64,000 nucleotides of DNA. It comes from Spirochaetia bacterium. GTDB taxonomy: Bacteria > Spirochaetota > Spirochaetia > SZUA-6 > Bin103. The position numbers and the translations under genes were made by a program. Under the pieces are notes generated by a model that was not told the origin of the DNA, did no database searches, and was given only the letters and a program-made list of their open reading frames with translations. Location: NCBI GenBank assembly GCA_965208575.1, contig CBDBOV010000006.1, positions 1,184,001-1,248,000 on the forward strand. The letters run 5' to 3'. This document shows positions 37,537 through 46,401 of this stretch, one piece after another; the stretch's first letter is position 1; every line of letters starts with the position of its first letter.

Positions 37537-40080
37537 TCATGCTTTCATGCGGGTGTCGGCGGGGTCGAAGGTGGCCAGGCCGGGGGCGACGGTGACCGGG
37601 AAGGGCTCGTTCATGTACAGCACCTGCAGGCGGGTGCCGGGGGCGGCGTGCTCCGGCGGCAGGTAGGCGAGCAGCAGGTACTTGCCGACCGACGGCCCCA
37701 TGCCGGCGGAGGTGACGCGCGACTCGCGGCCGTGGGCATCGACGATGCGCGCGCCGTCCGCGGTCAGGAGCGGCTCGTTGCCGCCGGTCGGGAAGCGGTC
37801 GATGCCGGCGGCACCGGCGTGGCGGTCCATGGTCAGCGCGCACATCGTCGCGGCGGGTTCGGCCGCGCGCGCGGCCAGGTAGGCCTGCTTGCCGATAAAG
37901 TCGTCGCGCTTCACGCGCGGGCGGGCCAGGCCCGCCTCCACCGGCGAGTACTCGGCGGTGAGGTCGGAGCCCATCAGCAGGTAGCCCTTCTCCATGCGCC
38001 CGGTGGTGCCGTACACGCCGATGCCGACCGGGCGGGCGTCGAGCGGGCGGCCCGCCTGCCACAGCGCGTCCCACAGGCGCACGCCGTGCTGCATGCGGGT
38101 GGTAATCTCCCAGCCGCTCTCGCCGACGTAGGAGATGCGCAGCATGGTCACCGGCACCCCGTCGATCAGCGCCTCGCGCACCGTGCCGTAGGGAAACTCC
38201 GCCTGCGACAGGCCGGTGTCGGTGATGCCGGCAAGCAGCGCCGCCGCCTCCGGCCCCCACACGCCGATGGTGCACAGCGCCGACGAGGTGTTCTCGAACT
38301 GCACCGAGCCGTCGGCCGGCAGGTGGCGGCGGAACCACACCTCGTCGCGCGCCCCGTCGAAGGCGCCGGTCACCACGCGGAACCGGTTGGCGGCCAGCCG
38401 CCCGATGGTGAGGTCGGCGCGGATGCCGCCGTCCGGCGTGAGCAGCGGCGTGTAGATCGAGCTGCCCACCGGGCGGTCGCACTTGTTGACGGTGAGCCGT
38501 TCCAGGTAGGGCACCACGCCGGGGCCGGAGAGGTCGAAGATCTGGAACGCGCTCAGGTCGACGATGCCCACCTTGTCGCGCAGGTGCAGGTGCTCGGCGG
38601 TGCTGATCGGCGACCACCAGCGCCGGTCCCACTCGTGCGGGCGGTCGGGCACGCCGTAGCGCCGCACCAGGTCGGCGTTGGACTCGTACCACTGCGGACG
38701 CTCCCAGCCGCGCGCGTCATAGTACTCGGCGCCCAGGGCGGTGGTGCGGTCGTGGAACGGCGCGCGGTTCATGCCGCGCTCGGAGGCCCACTGCTCGCGC
38801 GGGTGCACGATGCCGTAGGTCTTGTTGAAGTGCTCGTCGGCGCGGGCGCGGATGTGCTGCCCGGTGCGCTCGTGGGCGTAGAAGCGGGTGATGTCGGAGG
38901 CGTGCGGATCGCACAGCCTCGGATAGCCGTAGGTCATCCACTCCGCTATCAGGCGCGCGGTTCCCGGCCCCTCCTTGATCCACACCGCCGCCGCCGACCA
39001 CAGCTTCTCCACCTCGGCGGTCTCGCCGAGCACCTGGTGGGTGTCGGGCGTCAGCGACAGCAGCCCGTTCACGGAGTACTGCATCTCGGTGCCGGCAAGC
39101 AGCCCGCCCATGATCTCGCGCGCATGGCCGAGCTGGGGCGCGAAGTCGTCGCCGGTGAACGGCATCTCGGTGGGAGAGCGCTCCGCGTCGGCGAGCGATG
39201 GAATGTCGTCCGGGCGGACCAGGATCGGGCGGTGCGCGTAGGAGCCCACCTCCATCGCCTCGTGGCTCTGGCGCTCGTACATGAACACGTCCATGTCGCG
39301 CACGATCGGGTAGCCGATCTCGTTGCCGGTGCGGGCGAGCAGGTCGACCGGCCCCATGTCGGCCATCTGGTGCACGGCCGGGGTGAGCGGAATGCTGGCC
39401 CCGGCCATGGCGGCGATGCGCGGGCTCCACACGCCGCAGGCGATCACCACCTGCTCGGCGGCGATGGTGCCGCGCTCGGTGACCACGGCCCGGATGCGCG
39501 GGCGGCCGTACGGCCGCGGCTCCACCTGCAGCGCGGTGACCTCGGTGTTGTCCAGCACGGTCAGCACGCCCTTGGCCAGCGCGCGCTCGCGCATGAGGGT
39601 GCCGGCCCGCACCGAGTCCACCACCGACACCTGCGGCATCCAGAAGCCGCCCTTGATCACGGCGCCGTCCACGAACGGAATGCGCGCCACCACCTCGTCC
39701 GGGGTGAGCAGTTCCGCCTCGATGCCCCAGGAGCGCGCCGAGGTCATGCGCCGGCGCAGTTCCTCCATGCGCTCCTCGGTGCGCGCCACTTCGGCGCCGC
39801 CGCACGTGGTCCGCACCCCGAGCTCCTCGTACTGCCGCATGCTCTCCAGGGTGAGCATCGCGATCTCCCGGTTGTGGTCGGTGGGAAAGATGAAATTCGA
39901 CGCGTGCCCGGTGGAGCCGCCGGGGTTGGGCAGCGGCCCCTTGTCGATCAGCACCAGCTCGTCCCAGCCCAGCCCGGCGAGATGCCCCACCAGGCAGTTG
40001 CCGACGATCCCGGCCCCGATCACCACGACCCTCGCCCGCCCCGGCACCGCCGGCGAACCCGATTCAGTTGCCCTGTCCAT
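37537..40080 (-). CDS. FAD-dependent GcvT-family oxidoreductase (dimethylglycine dehydrogenase/oxidase-like)
   Basis: VIGAGIVG, GGSTGHA, TPD, GWERP, SYVGESGWE and RMEKGY motifs; DAO plus aminomethyltransferase architecture. Confidence 0.92.
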   Translation of the reverse strand: MDRATESGSPAVPGRARVVVIGAGIVGNCLVGHLAGLGWDELVLIDKGPLPNPGGSTGHASNFIFPTDHNREIAMLTLESMRQYEELGVRTTCGGAEVARTEERMEELRRRMTSARSWGIEAELLTPDEVVARIPFVDGAVIKGGFWMPQVSVVDSVRAGTLMRERALAKGVLTVLDNTEVTALQVEPRPYGRPRIRAVVTERGTIAAEQVVIACGVWSPRIAAMAGASIPLTPAVHQMADMGPVDLLARTGNEIGYPIVRDMDVFMYERQSHEAMEVGSYAHRPILVRPDDIPSLADAERSPTEMPFTGDDFAPQLGHAREIMGGLLAGTEMQYSVNGLLSLTPDTHQVLGETAEVEKLWSAAAVWIKEGPGTARLIAEWMTYGYPRLCDPHASDITRFYAHERTGQHIRARADEHFNKTYGIVHPREQWASERGMNRAPFHDRTTALGAEYYDARGWERPQWYESNADLVRRYGVPDRPHEWDRRWWSPISTAEHLHLRDKVGIVDLSAFQIFDLSGPGVVPYLERLTVNKCDRPVGSSIYTPLLTPDGGIRADLTIGRLAANRFRVVTGAFDGARDEVWFRRHLPADGSVQFENTSSALCTIGVWGPEAAALLAGITDTGLSQAEFPYGTVREALIDGVPVTMLRISYVGESGWEITTRMQHGVRLWDALWQAGRPLDARPVGIGVYGTTGRMEKGYLLMGSDLTAEYSPVEAGLARPRVKRDDFIGKQAYLAARAAEPAATMCALTMDRHAGAAGIDRFPTGGNEPLLTADGARIVDAHGRESRVTSAGMGPSVGKYLLLAYLPPEHAAPGTRLQVLYMNEPFPVTVAPGLATFDPADTRMKA

Positions 40081-40158
40081 ACCCGCCAATGGTGGGAGCT
40101 TGTCGAGACGGGTCAAGGTGTCCGCGCGGCTGTCGTGTGTGCGGACGCTTCGCCCTAT

Positions 40159-41020
40159 GCAGCAGGAACGCGTTGCTGGGCCCGGCAGGCGGTGCTATCT
40201 TGTCGGAGGCGGAGCGCACGCGATGGCGGATCACAACGGACACAGCGGACCGGCTGACTCAGAGGAAGTGTGGGCCATTCTGCGCGAACTCGCACGGAGC
40301 CAGCAGGAAACCGATCGCCGCATGCAGGAAACCGACCGCCGCATGCAGGAAACCGACCGCCAGATGAAGGAAACCGACCGCCATCTCCGCAAGCTCGACG
40401 ATTTGTTCAACGGGCAGTGGGGCAAGCTGATGGAAGCCCTCGTGGAAGGCGATCTCGTCGAGTTGCTCAACGAGCGCGGCATCAGGGTCGAGCACACCGC
40501 AACCAATCTCAAGAGGGAACGCGGTGCGCGCCGATGGGAAATCGACATTCTGGCCGTCAACGGTGACGAGGTCGTGGTGGTGGAAGTGAAGACCACCCTC
40601 AAGGTGCGCCACGTCGATCACTTGGTGGGTCTGTTGCGCGATCTTCCGGAGTTGATGCCCGAGTATCGAACCAAGCAGATCTACGGAGCGGTCGCCTATC
40701 TCAAGGCCGACGAGTCCTCGGGATCCTACGCCGAACGACAGGGGCTGTACGTGATTCGCGCCACTGGCAGCAGCGCCAGCATCATCAACCGGCACGGCTT
40801 CCGGCCACGCAAGTTCGGCCGTCACGCCGCCACCGCAGGCCGGCACGAGTAACACTCCCGTCGCACTCCCGTCGTAGCGTGGCCGCTGGACCCGCCGGGC
40901 CGAACCCAACTCGGGCAGGCGGCAGTCGACGCGGCGGCAAACAACTCTGCGACGGCCCGCGCTTCCAGCGATGAGGTCAGAGGCGTCCGGTGCGGCGCAG
41001 CAGGGTCAACGGTTGCGGGG
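40159..41020 (+). repeat. Long direct repeat, copy A (promoter, nuclease-like gene, spacer, stub of the BBOX-like gene 3' end)
   Basis: Aligns by eye with 44143..~45065 from GCAGCAGGAA through GGTTGCGG, with scattered substitutions and a different heptad number. Confidence 0.9.
40223..40852 (+). CDS. QETDRRM-heptad PD-(D/E)XK nuclease-like protein; paralog 2 (4 heptads)
   Basis: MADHNGH...; EIDILAVNGDEVVVVEVK; extended -10 TGCTATCTT upstream; 21-bp units at 40304..40387. Confidence 0.85.
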   Translation: MADHNGHSGPADSEEVWAILRELARSQQETDRRMQETDRRMQETDRQMKETDRHLRKLDDLFNGQWGKLMEALVEGDLVELLNERGIRVEHTATNLKRERGARRWEIDILAVNGDEVVVVEVKTTLKVRHVDHLVGLLRDLPELMPEYRTKQIYGAVAYLKADESSGSYAERQGLYVIRATGSSASIINRHGFRPRKFGRHAATAGRHE

Positions 41021-41030
41021 CCATGCTGCT
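40977..41030 (-). pseudogene. Degenerate copy of the last ~15 codons of the BBOX-like dioxygenase gene
   Basis: Reads ...TLLRRTGRL* against ...ALLRRTGRI* at 45022; the DNA CCGGTGCGGCGCAGCAGGG is shared. Confidence 0.75.
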
Positions 41031-41042
41031 CACACCGCGCAT

Positions 41043-42329
41043 TCATTGCCTCCGAAACAGAGCGTGGTAATCGCCGAACCGAACTCTATCGACCCACTGC
41101 ATCGCTGATTCGTCATACCTCTGCTCACGCCAGAAAGGCGACATCCTTATCGTATTGGCATCGTCGGTGGGTACATACGCCGACCGAAGCGTCTCTCCGG
41201 AGTGAACGTCGGTAGCGGCGGAAACCGATTCCCCGTTTCTGACTCGTTGTACGCTTGTGATCGTGTGCAGGACAGTAAGATTCTCCAGATCATGGATGAA
41301 CGTGCCGGTCAGAGTGAAGAGTTGCACGTCTTCACCCTGTGTCCGACGGTTCCTGTATGTCAGGGTTCCGTCCTCCGCGAACGTGTACGAGAACAGCCAA
41401 GTAATACCTTCATCTTCGTTAATGGAGGTCCAAGACCAAGTGCCGGTGAACTTCGCCGGGGCTGCCATTTCGGTACGCTCGAAGACTTCGAATTCAAGCC
41501 CTGGCTCGTCGCTCCACCAAGAATGGATGGCAAGAAGGTCACCACCGAGAAAGTAGTCCTTGTCGACGATGACTTCGGTGCCGTCTTCGTCGCGAGTTCG
41601 CGTCAGTATGGTCCCATCCAGGCTGATACCGAAGCTATCGGTCCAGTCATCCACAAGCTCGCCGGCGCGATTCGTCCGGGTATTGTATTCGACGGCGCGA
41701 GACGCCGTAAGAGTGACCGTCTGCAATTCGTGAATGTCGCCCAGTTCATGGTGGTCGTAGTAACTCGATCGCTGCCAAGTGCCCCGTAACGGCGGCGGGG
41801 CCGCGCCCGGAGCTGGCGCCTCGCCGACGCGTGTGAATTGTTCGAAGCCCACTTCCGGATCGTTGCTTCCCCAGAAGTGAATGAACAGTAAGTTACCGAC
41901 AAGCAGGTACTCCTTGTCGACCGAGATATCTTCGCCGTCATCGTGGTACTCCAGCCGGACCGTGGATCCGGTAACGGTCGCCGTGCCCGCACGATCGCGA
42001 TCGTAAAAGGGATTCCCCTCCGAGTCAGCGCCTACGAGGCGGTCAAAGAAGTGGGTGCCGGTTAAGGTAATCGTCCTGGTTTCGGTAACCTCGACGTTGC
42101 CGTCATCGTCTCGTTCGTGGATGACACTTCGCCATGTACCCAGCAACGTCGGCTCAGATTCCATCGGAGCCGGTTCGTCGGCACGCTCAGCGGGTGTCCG
42201 CACGGCAGTACTACAACCAGCCAGGAGTGTAAGGACAGCGATCAGGAGTGTAGCGACAATCAGCATCGTCGCATTCGCCCGCATGACGCGGTGCTGCAAC
42301 TCCCTAAGAAAAACACTCAGTGGTCTCAT
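41043..42329 (-). CDS. Lipoprotein with three LxGTW beta-barrel (lipocalin-like) repeats
   Basis: LAGC lipobox; repeats LLGTW, LRGTW and FTGTW; GGAGG RBS before ATG 42329; paralog of the next gene. Confidence 0.75.
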   Translation of the reverse strand: MRPLSVFLRELQHRVMRANATMLIVATLLIAVLTLLAGCSTAVRTPAERADEPAPMESEPTLLGTWRSVIHERDDDGNVEVTETRTITLTGTHFFDRLVGADSEGNPFYDRDRAGTATVTGSTVRLEYHDDGEDISVDKEYLLVGNLLFIHFWGSNDPEVGFEQFTRVGEAPAPGAAPPPLRGTWQRSSYYDHHELGDIHELQTVTLTASRAVEYNTRTNRAGELVDDWTDSFGISLDGTILTRTRDEDGTEVIVDKDYFLGGDLLAIHSWWSDEPGLEFEVFERTEMAAPAKFTGTWSWTSINEDEGITWLFSYTFAEDGTLTYRNRRTQGEDVQLFTLTGTFIHDLENLTVLHTITSVQRVRNGESVSAATDVHSGETLRSAYVPTDDANTIRMSPFWREQRYDESAMQWVDRVRFGDYHALFRRQ

Positions 42330-43653
42330 CGGCTTTCCTCCCGAGCCTGAAAAAGTAGTCCCCATAAGGGTGGTCCTGGTTCTCTGTCCACGTCGCCGTA
42401 TCGTCATCGTACGTAAGCTCCCTCCCAGCGGGAGACAAGATTATTTCGTCGGGGTTGCCCGTTGGTGCGTATGCGTAGCGCAATACGTGGCCTTCATATT
42501 GAGCCGAATCGAAGTCCTCATCGGCTGATCCGTCGATTGTTTGCGCGGCTTGTTGTCCGGTTACGAACACGAAGCCGCCTTCGTCGTCGTACCGGGCGCT
42601 TCCTGTGAAGTAGAACGTGTCGCGCCTGGGCGTGCTCATGCGGTAGTCGTCGGTGAATGATGATTCACCGAACGTGAATATCCAATTGGCATGGAATTCT
42701 TCGCCATCCCTGGTCCAAGTGTCCCCACACGTCCACGAGCCCAAAACGCCACCCGGTAACGGATCCTGCACGCGCATGAAGACGTCGAGTTCATCGAGCG
42801 GATCGTCGGCCCACCACGGATTGATAGCAAGCAGGTCGCCGACGATCACGTATCGCTTTTCGACGGAGTGTTCCTGACCGTCTTCGAAGACTTTCTTGGT
42901 GACGCTGGTCGCGTTGTCGGTCCAACCTCCCTGGTCCGGCCATGTTCGTACCACTTCGCCGTTATCGGTACTGAATCGCACCGTGTCCACGATGAACCGA
43001 TTGCCAGTGAACGTGACCGTCCGTACCTGCTCTATCCAGCCGTCTTCGTCATCTTCCCAAGCCGCGTACCTTTGCCACGTACCCCTCAGAGTGGACGGCT
43101 GACCTGTCGCCGCCGGTGCGTCTGCCACGCGGACGAAGCGGTCGAAGCCATCCACCGGTCCGTCATCTCCCCAGTGATGGATCAGCAGTACGGCGCCGTC
43201 ACCGGCCAGGACGTACTCCTTTTCGACAGAAACCATTCCGTCGTCGTCGACGAAGGTCTTCGTGACACTATTGCCGGTGTGACTGGCCGTACCCGCCCGG
43301 TCATACTTGTCGCGTGTGCGGCCATCTGCATCCTGTACATGGTTTCGTTCAAAGAAGTGAGTTTCGGTAATCGTGAGCGTGGTGGTCTCTTTTTCATCGA
43401 CCGCGCCGTCATCGTCGCGGCCGTAGGAGACCGTCTCCCACGTCCCCAATAACGTCGGCGGCGGTTCTGCAGGCGGCGTTTCGGCGGGAGGCGCTGTCGT
43501 CGGTCGCGGGGGTGCGGCCGAATCGCACGCGACCAGGAACGCGGTCAGCACCGCAGACAGGGCGACGCTGACCACACGCCTCGCCCGCACCCGCGGCAAC
43601 CGCAGGTTGGTTGAGATTACGCTCAGGGCGACGGCTAGTTGGGGCCTGTCCAT
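42304..43653 (-). CDS. Lipoprotein with three LxG[TS]W beta-barrel (lipocalin-like) repeats
   Basis: LVAC lipobox; repeats LLGTW, LRGTW and VLGSW; GAGGAG RBS. Shares THFF-R, KEY-L and IH-WG motifs with 41043..42329. Confidence 0.75.
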   Translation of the reverse strand: MDRPQLAVALSVISTNLRLPRVRARRVVSVALSAVLTAFLVACDSAAPPRPTTAPPAETPPAEPPPTLLGTWETVSYGRDDDGAVDEKETTTLTITETHFFERNHVQDADGRTRDKYDRAGTASHTGNSVTKTFVDDDGMVSVEKEYVLAGDGAVLLIHHWGDDGPVDGFDRFVRVADAPAATGQPSTLRGTWQRYAAWEDDEDGWIEQVRTVTFTGNRFIVDTVRFSTDNGEVVRTWPDQGGWTDNATSVTKKVFEDGQEHSVEKRYVIVGDLLAINPWWADDPLDELDVFMRVQDPLPGGVLGSWTCGDTWTRDGEEFHANWIFTFGESSFTDDYRMSTPRRDTFYFTGSARYDDEGGFVFVTGQQAAQTIDGSADEDFDSAQYEGHVLRYAYAPTGNPDEIILSPAGRELTYDDDTATWTENQDHPYGDYFFRLGRKADETTECFS

Positions 43654-43761
43654 AAGACACACTCCTCATCTGGTGTATTGGTGATGGTCGCCGCGGTTGT
43701 TACACGTCGGTAGCTGTTGCCCGGGACGCCAACGTCGACCCGGCCAAGGTGCCGGGCCGTT

Positions 43762-43905
43762 AGCGAAAGTCCTGTCCCTACCGAGTGTAGATGGGTCTCC
43801 CTCGGTCTATTCGCCCTGGTCGAGGTAGCTACTCCTCGACCGTCCGGGCTGTTGTATTCAACCGAGTAGCCCGGCCTGAGCCGGGTAGGGACTCGAACTT
43901 TCGCT
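43762..43905 (-). ncRNA. Candidate structured cis-regulatory RNA (or MITE-like element) upstream of the lipoprotein pair
   Basis: Closing stems AGCGAAAGT/ACTTTCGCT and GTCCCTACC/GGTAGGGAC enclose hairpins CCGAG/CTCGG, GGTCGAGG/CCTCGACC and CCGGGCT/AGCCCGG. No family recognised; strand inferred from context. Confidence 0.45.
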
Positions 43906-44142
43906 TGACGAAATGGTTACACGTTGTCGGAGAGATAGTCAACCCCACCGTCGTCCATGGCCTTGATCCGGACTTGCTTGTCTTATACAATCTATTAGTA
44001 TATAATACTTTACTTTGATCTCCGACCCTCTCCGTGACGACGTGAGAACGATTGGCGCACGAGTACCAACTCGTGGCGGACGGACATCTTTATGCAATAG
44101 GGCGTTAATATATGATAGGATTACACTTGGCGGAGGCGGCCC

Positions 44143-45065
44143 GCAGCAGGAATGTTGCTGGGCCCGGCAGGCGGTGCTATCTTGTCGGAGGCGGAGCGCA
44201 CCCGATGGCGGATCACAACGGACACAACAGACCGGCTGACTCCGAGGAAGTGTGGGCTATTCTGCGCGAACTCGCACGGAGCCAGCAGGAGACCGATCGC
44301 CGCATGCAGGAAACTGACCGCCAGATGCAGGAAACCGACCGCCGCATGCAGGAAACCGACCGCCAGATGCAGGAAACCGACCGCCGCATGCAGGAAACCG
44401 ACCGCCAGATGAAGGAGACCGGCCGCCATCTCCGCAAGCTCGACGATCTGTTCAACGGGCAGTGGGGCAAGCTGATGGAAGCCTTGGTGGAAGGCGACCT
44501 CGTCGAGTTGCTCAACCAGCGCGGTATCAGGGTCGAGCACACCGCAACCAATCTCAAGAGGGAACGCGGTGCGCGCCGCTGGGAAATCGACATTCTGGCC
44601 GTCAACGGTGACGAGGTCGTGGTGGTGGAAGTGAAGACCACCCTCAAGGTGCGCCACGTCGATCACCTGGTGGGTCTGTTGCGCGATCTTCCGGAGTTGA
44701 TGCCCGAGTATCGAACCAAGCAGATCTATGGAGCGGTCGCCTATCTCAAGGCCGATGAATCCTCAGGATCCTACGCCGAACGACAGGGGCTGTACGTGAT
44801 TCGCGCCACCGGCAGCAGCGCCAGCATCATCAACCGGCAAGGTTTCCGGCCACGCAAGTTCGGCCGTCACGCCGCCACCGCAGGCCGGCACGAGTAACAC
44901 TTCCGTCGCACTCCCGTCGTAGCGTGGCCGCTGGACCCGCCGGGCCGAACCCAACTCGGGCAGGCGGCATTCGACGCGGCGGCAAACAACTCTGCGACGG
45001 CCCGCGCTTCCAGCGACGAGGTCAGATGCGGCCGGTGCGGCGCAGCAGGGCGAGGTGGTTGCGGA
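44143..45065 (+). repeat. Long direct repeat, copy B
   Basis: Matches 40159..~41020 and runs into the intact 3' end of the BBOX-like gene. Confidence 0.9.
44205..44897 (+). CDS. QETDRRM-heptad PD-(D/E)XK nuclease-like protein; paralog 3 (7 heptads)
   Basis: Near-identical to 40223..40852 but 63 bp longer; 21-bp units at 44286..44432. Confidence 0.85.
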   Translation: MADHNGHNRPADSEEVWAILRELARSQQETDRRMQETDRQMQETDRRMQETDRQMQETDRRMQETDRQMKETGRHLRKLDDLFNGQWGKLMEALVEGDLVELLNQRGIRVEHTATNLKRERGARRWEIDILAVNGDEVVVVEVKTTLKVRHVDHLVGLLRDLPELMPEYRTKQIYGAVAYLKADESSGSYAERQGLYVIRATGSSASIINRQGFRPRKFGRHAATAGRHE

Positions 45066-46146
45066 CGTTGTCGTGCTCGAAGTAGGCGTCCTGCAGGTGG
45101 CGCCGTCCACCGGAGCCCAGCGCGGTGCGTCCGTGCAGCACGCGGTGCGCGGCGATCAGCAGCACCTGCCCGGCCCCCAGGCGGAGAGAGACCTGTGAGT
45201 CGGCCGCGTTCACGCGCGTGGACAGCTCGTGGTAGGCGGCGTAGAAGGCGCCCAGGCGGTGCTCGGCAAGGGGGACGGTCTTCATCTGCTGGGTGTTGAA
45301 GCGCAACAGCCTGACGTTGCCTTCGCCGTCGAGTTCGACCATCGGATTGACCGCGTAGCTCTCGTCGTGCTCGCTGGCCAGGCGGAACGGCACCGGCACC
45401 GTGCACAGCACGTCGAACAGGCCGGGATGTTCGCGGCGCAAGTCTTCGAGCACCCGGAAGCCGTCCACGATCGAGGACTCGCCGCCGTCGCAGTCGTTGG
45501 CCAGCATGTGCAGCACCTGCACGCTCGGCGGCCAACTGTAGCTGGTGAAGTCGTTGTGCGGCGCGATCGCCAGGTCGGTGTGCGCGATGCTGTATCCCTT
45601 CGGATCTACCACGACGTTGTGGATGCGATCGAACACCACCTCGCGCAGCGGGCCCAGACGGGCGGTGAGCTGCTCGGAAGAGTCGGGTTCGGTGGGCGCG
45701 TCCACGAGCACGCACGCCCCGGTCGCCAGGAACTCCTCGATCAGGTCGGCGGCCGTGCGGTCGTCGCCGAGGAACCGGCTGAAGTCGTACCTGCGCGGCT
45801 GGAAGCTGGAATCCCAATGCTGGACGTGGTCGCGCGTCCGGTGAGGCTGACCGGCCAATCGGCGAAGCTCCCCCGATCCATACCGGGTACGGTGGCCGTC
45901 GGGCCACACGATCGCCAGCGCCTCGTCGTCGCGGCCGCGACACTCGATGGTCACCTGCCGCGGACGAATCTCCCGGGCGACCCGGAAGATGTGGAACCGC
46001 TTCTCCGTGGTCTGCACGACACGGCATTCGCTGCAACCGCAATTGTCGCGCAACCAGAGGTAGGGAAGGCTGGTCTCCTCCCCGCCCCGCCAAACCGCCG
46101 CCATGGCGTCGCCGTTCTCGACGACCCTGCTGATGGAGTGCTCCAT
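45022..46146 (-). CDS. Fe(II)/2-oxoglutarate dioxygenase, gamma-butyrobetaine hydroxylase (BBOX/TmpA)-like
   Basis: N-terminal Zn-site WLRDNCGCSEC...WPDGH; HxD (PHNDF); GGES-IVDGF; RVLHGR. Confidence 0.9.
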   Translation of the reverse strand: MEHSISRVVENGDAMAAVWRGGEETSLPYLWLRDNCGCSECRVVQTTEKRFHIFRVAREIRPRQVTIECRGRDDEALAIVWPDGHRTRYGSGELRRLAGQPHRTRDHVQHWDSSFQPRRYDFSRFLGDDRTAADLIEEFLATGACVLVDAPTEPDSSEQLTARLGPLREVVFDRIHNVVVDPKGYSIAHTDLAIAPHNDFTSYSWPPSVQVLHMLANDCDGGESSIVDGFRVLEDLRREHPGLFDVLCTVPVPFRLASEHDESYAVNPMVELDGEGNVRLLRFNTQQMKTVPLAEHRLGAFYAAYHELSTRVNAADSQVSLRLGAGQVLLIAAHRVLHGRTALGSGGRRHLQDAYFEHDNVRNHLALLRRTGRI

Positions 46147-46401
46147 GTTCGATCACCTCAACCCGTCGCGACCGATCTGGGGCCGTGCGGCCCCGGCGAT
46201 GTGAAGCAAGAATGCAGAATGGGAATCTGGCTCTCCAAATGACGTGTGACGCCCTGCCTTGTCAAGAGTTTTCCGCGCTGTTTTTCAACTATTTTTCTGG
46301 ACCGCCGAAGGTGCGTCCGCCGGCATCCCTCGCGACCGGCGGGAGGCCGTATTGACCCGCCGCGCGATCCCGCGTACATACCATCGCAGGGGGCAGGTTG
46401 C

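Noticed and set aside
39323-40852. 509-aa ORF as an N-terminally extended nuclease
   Set aside because: The extension is antisense to the GcvT-family gene. Comparison with the paralogs and the promoter position place the start at 40223.
43880-43900. tRNA or tRNA-derived att site (minus-strand GTTCGAGTCCC resembles a T-loop)
   Set aside because: The flanking bases do not form a T-stem, and there is no cloverleaf or CCA end.
43762-43905. Retron msr-msd or a known riboswitch (c-di-AMP, c-di-GMP, glycine)
   Set aside because: No RT is nearby and I could not match the conserved motifs of those families. Kept only as an unassigned structured element.
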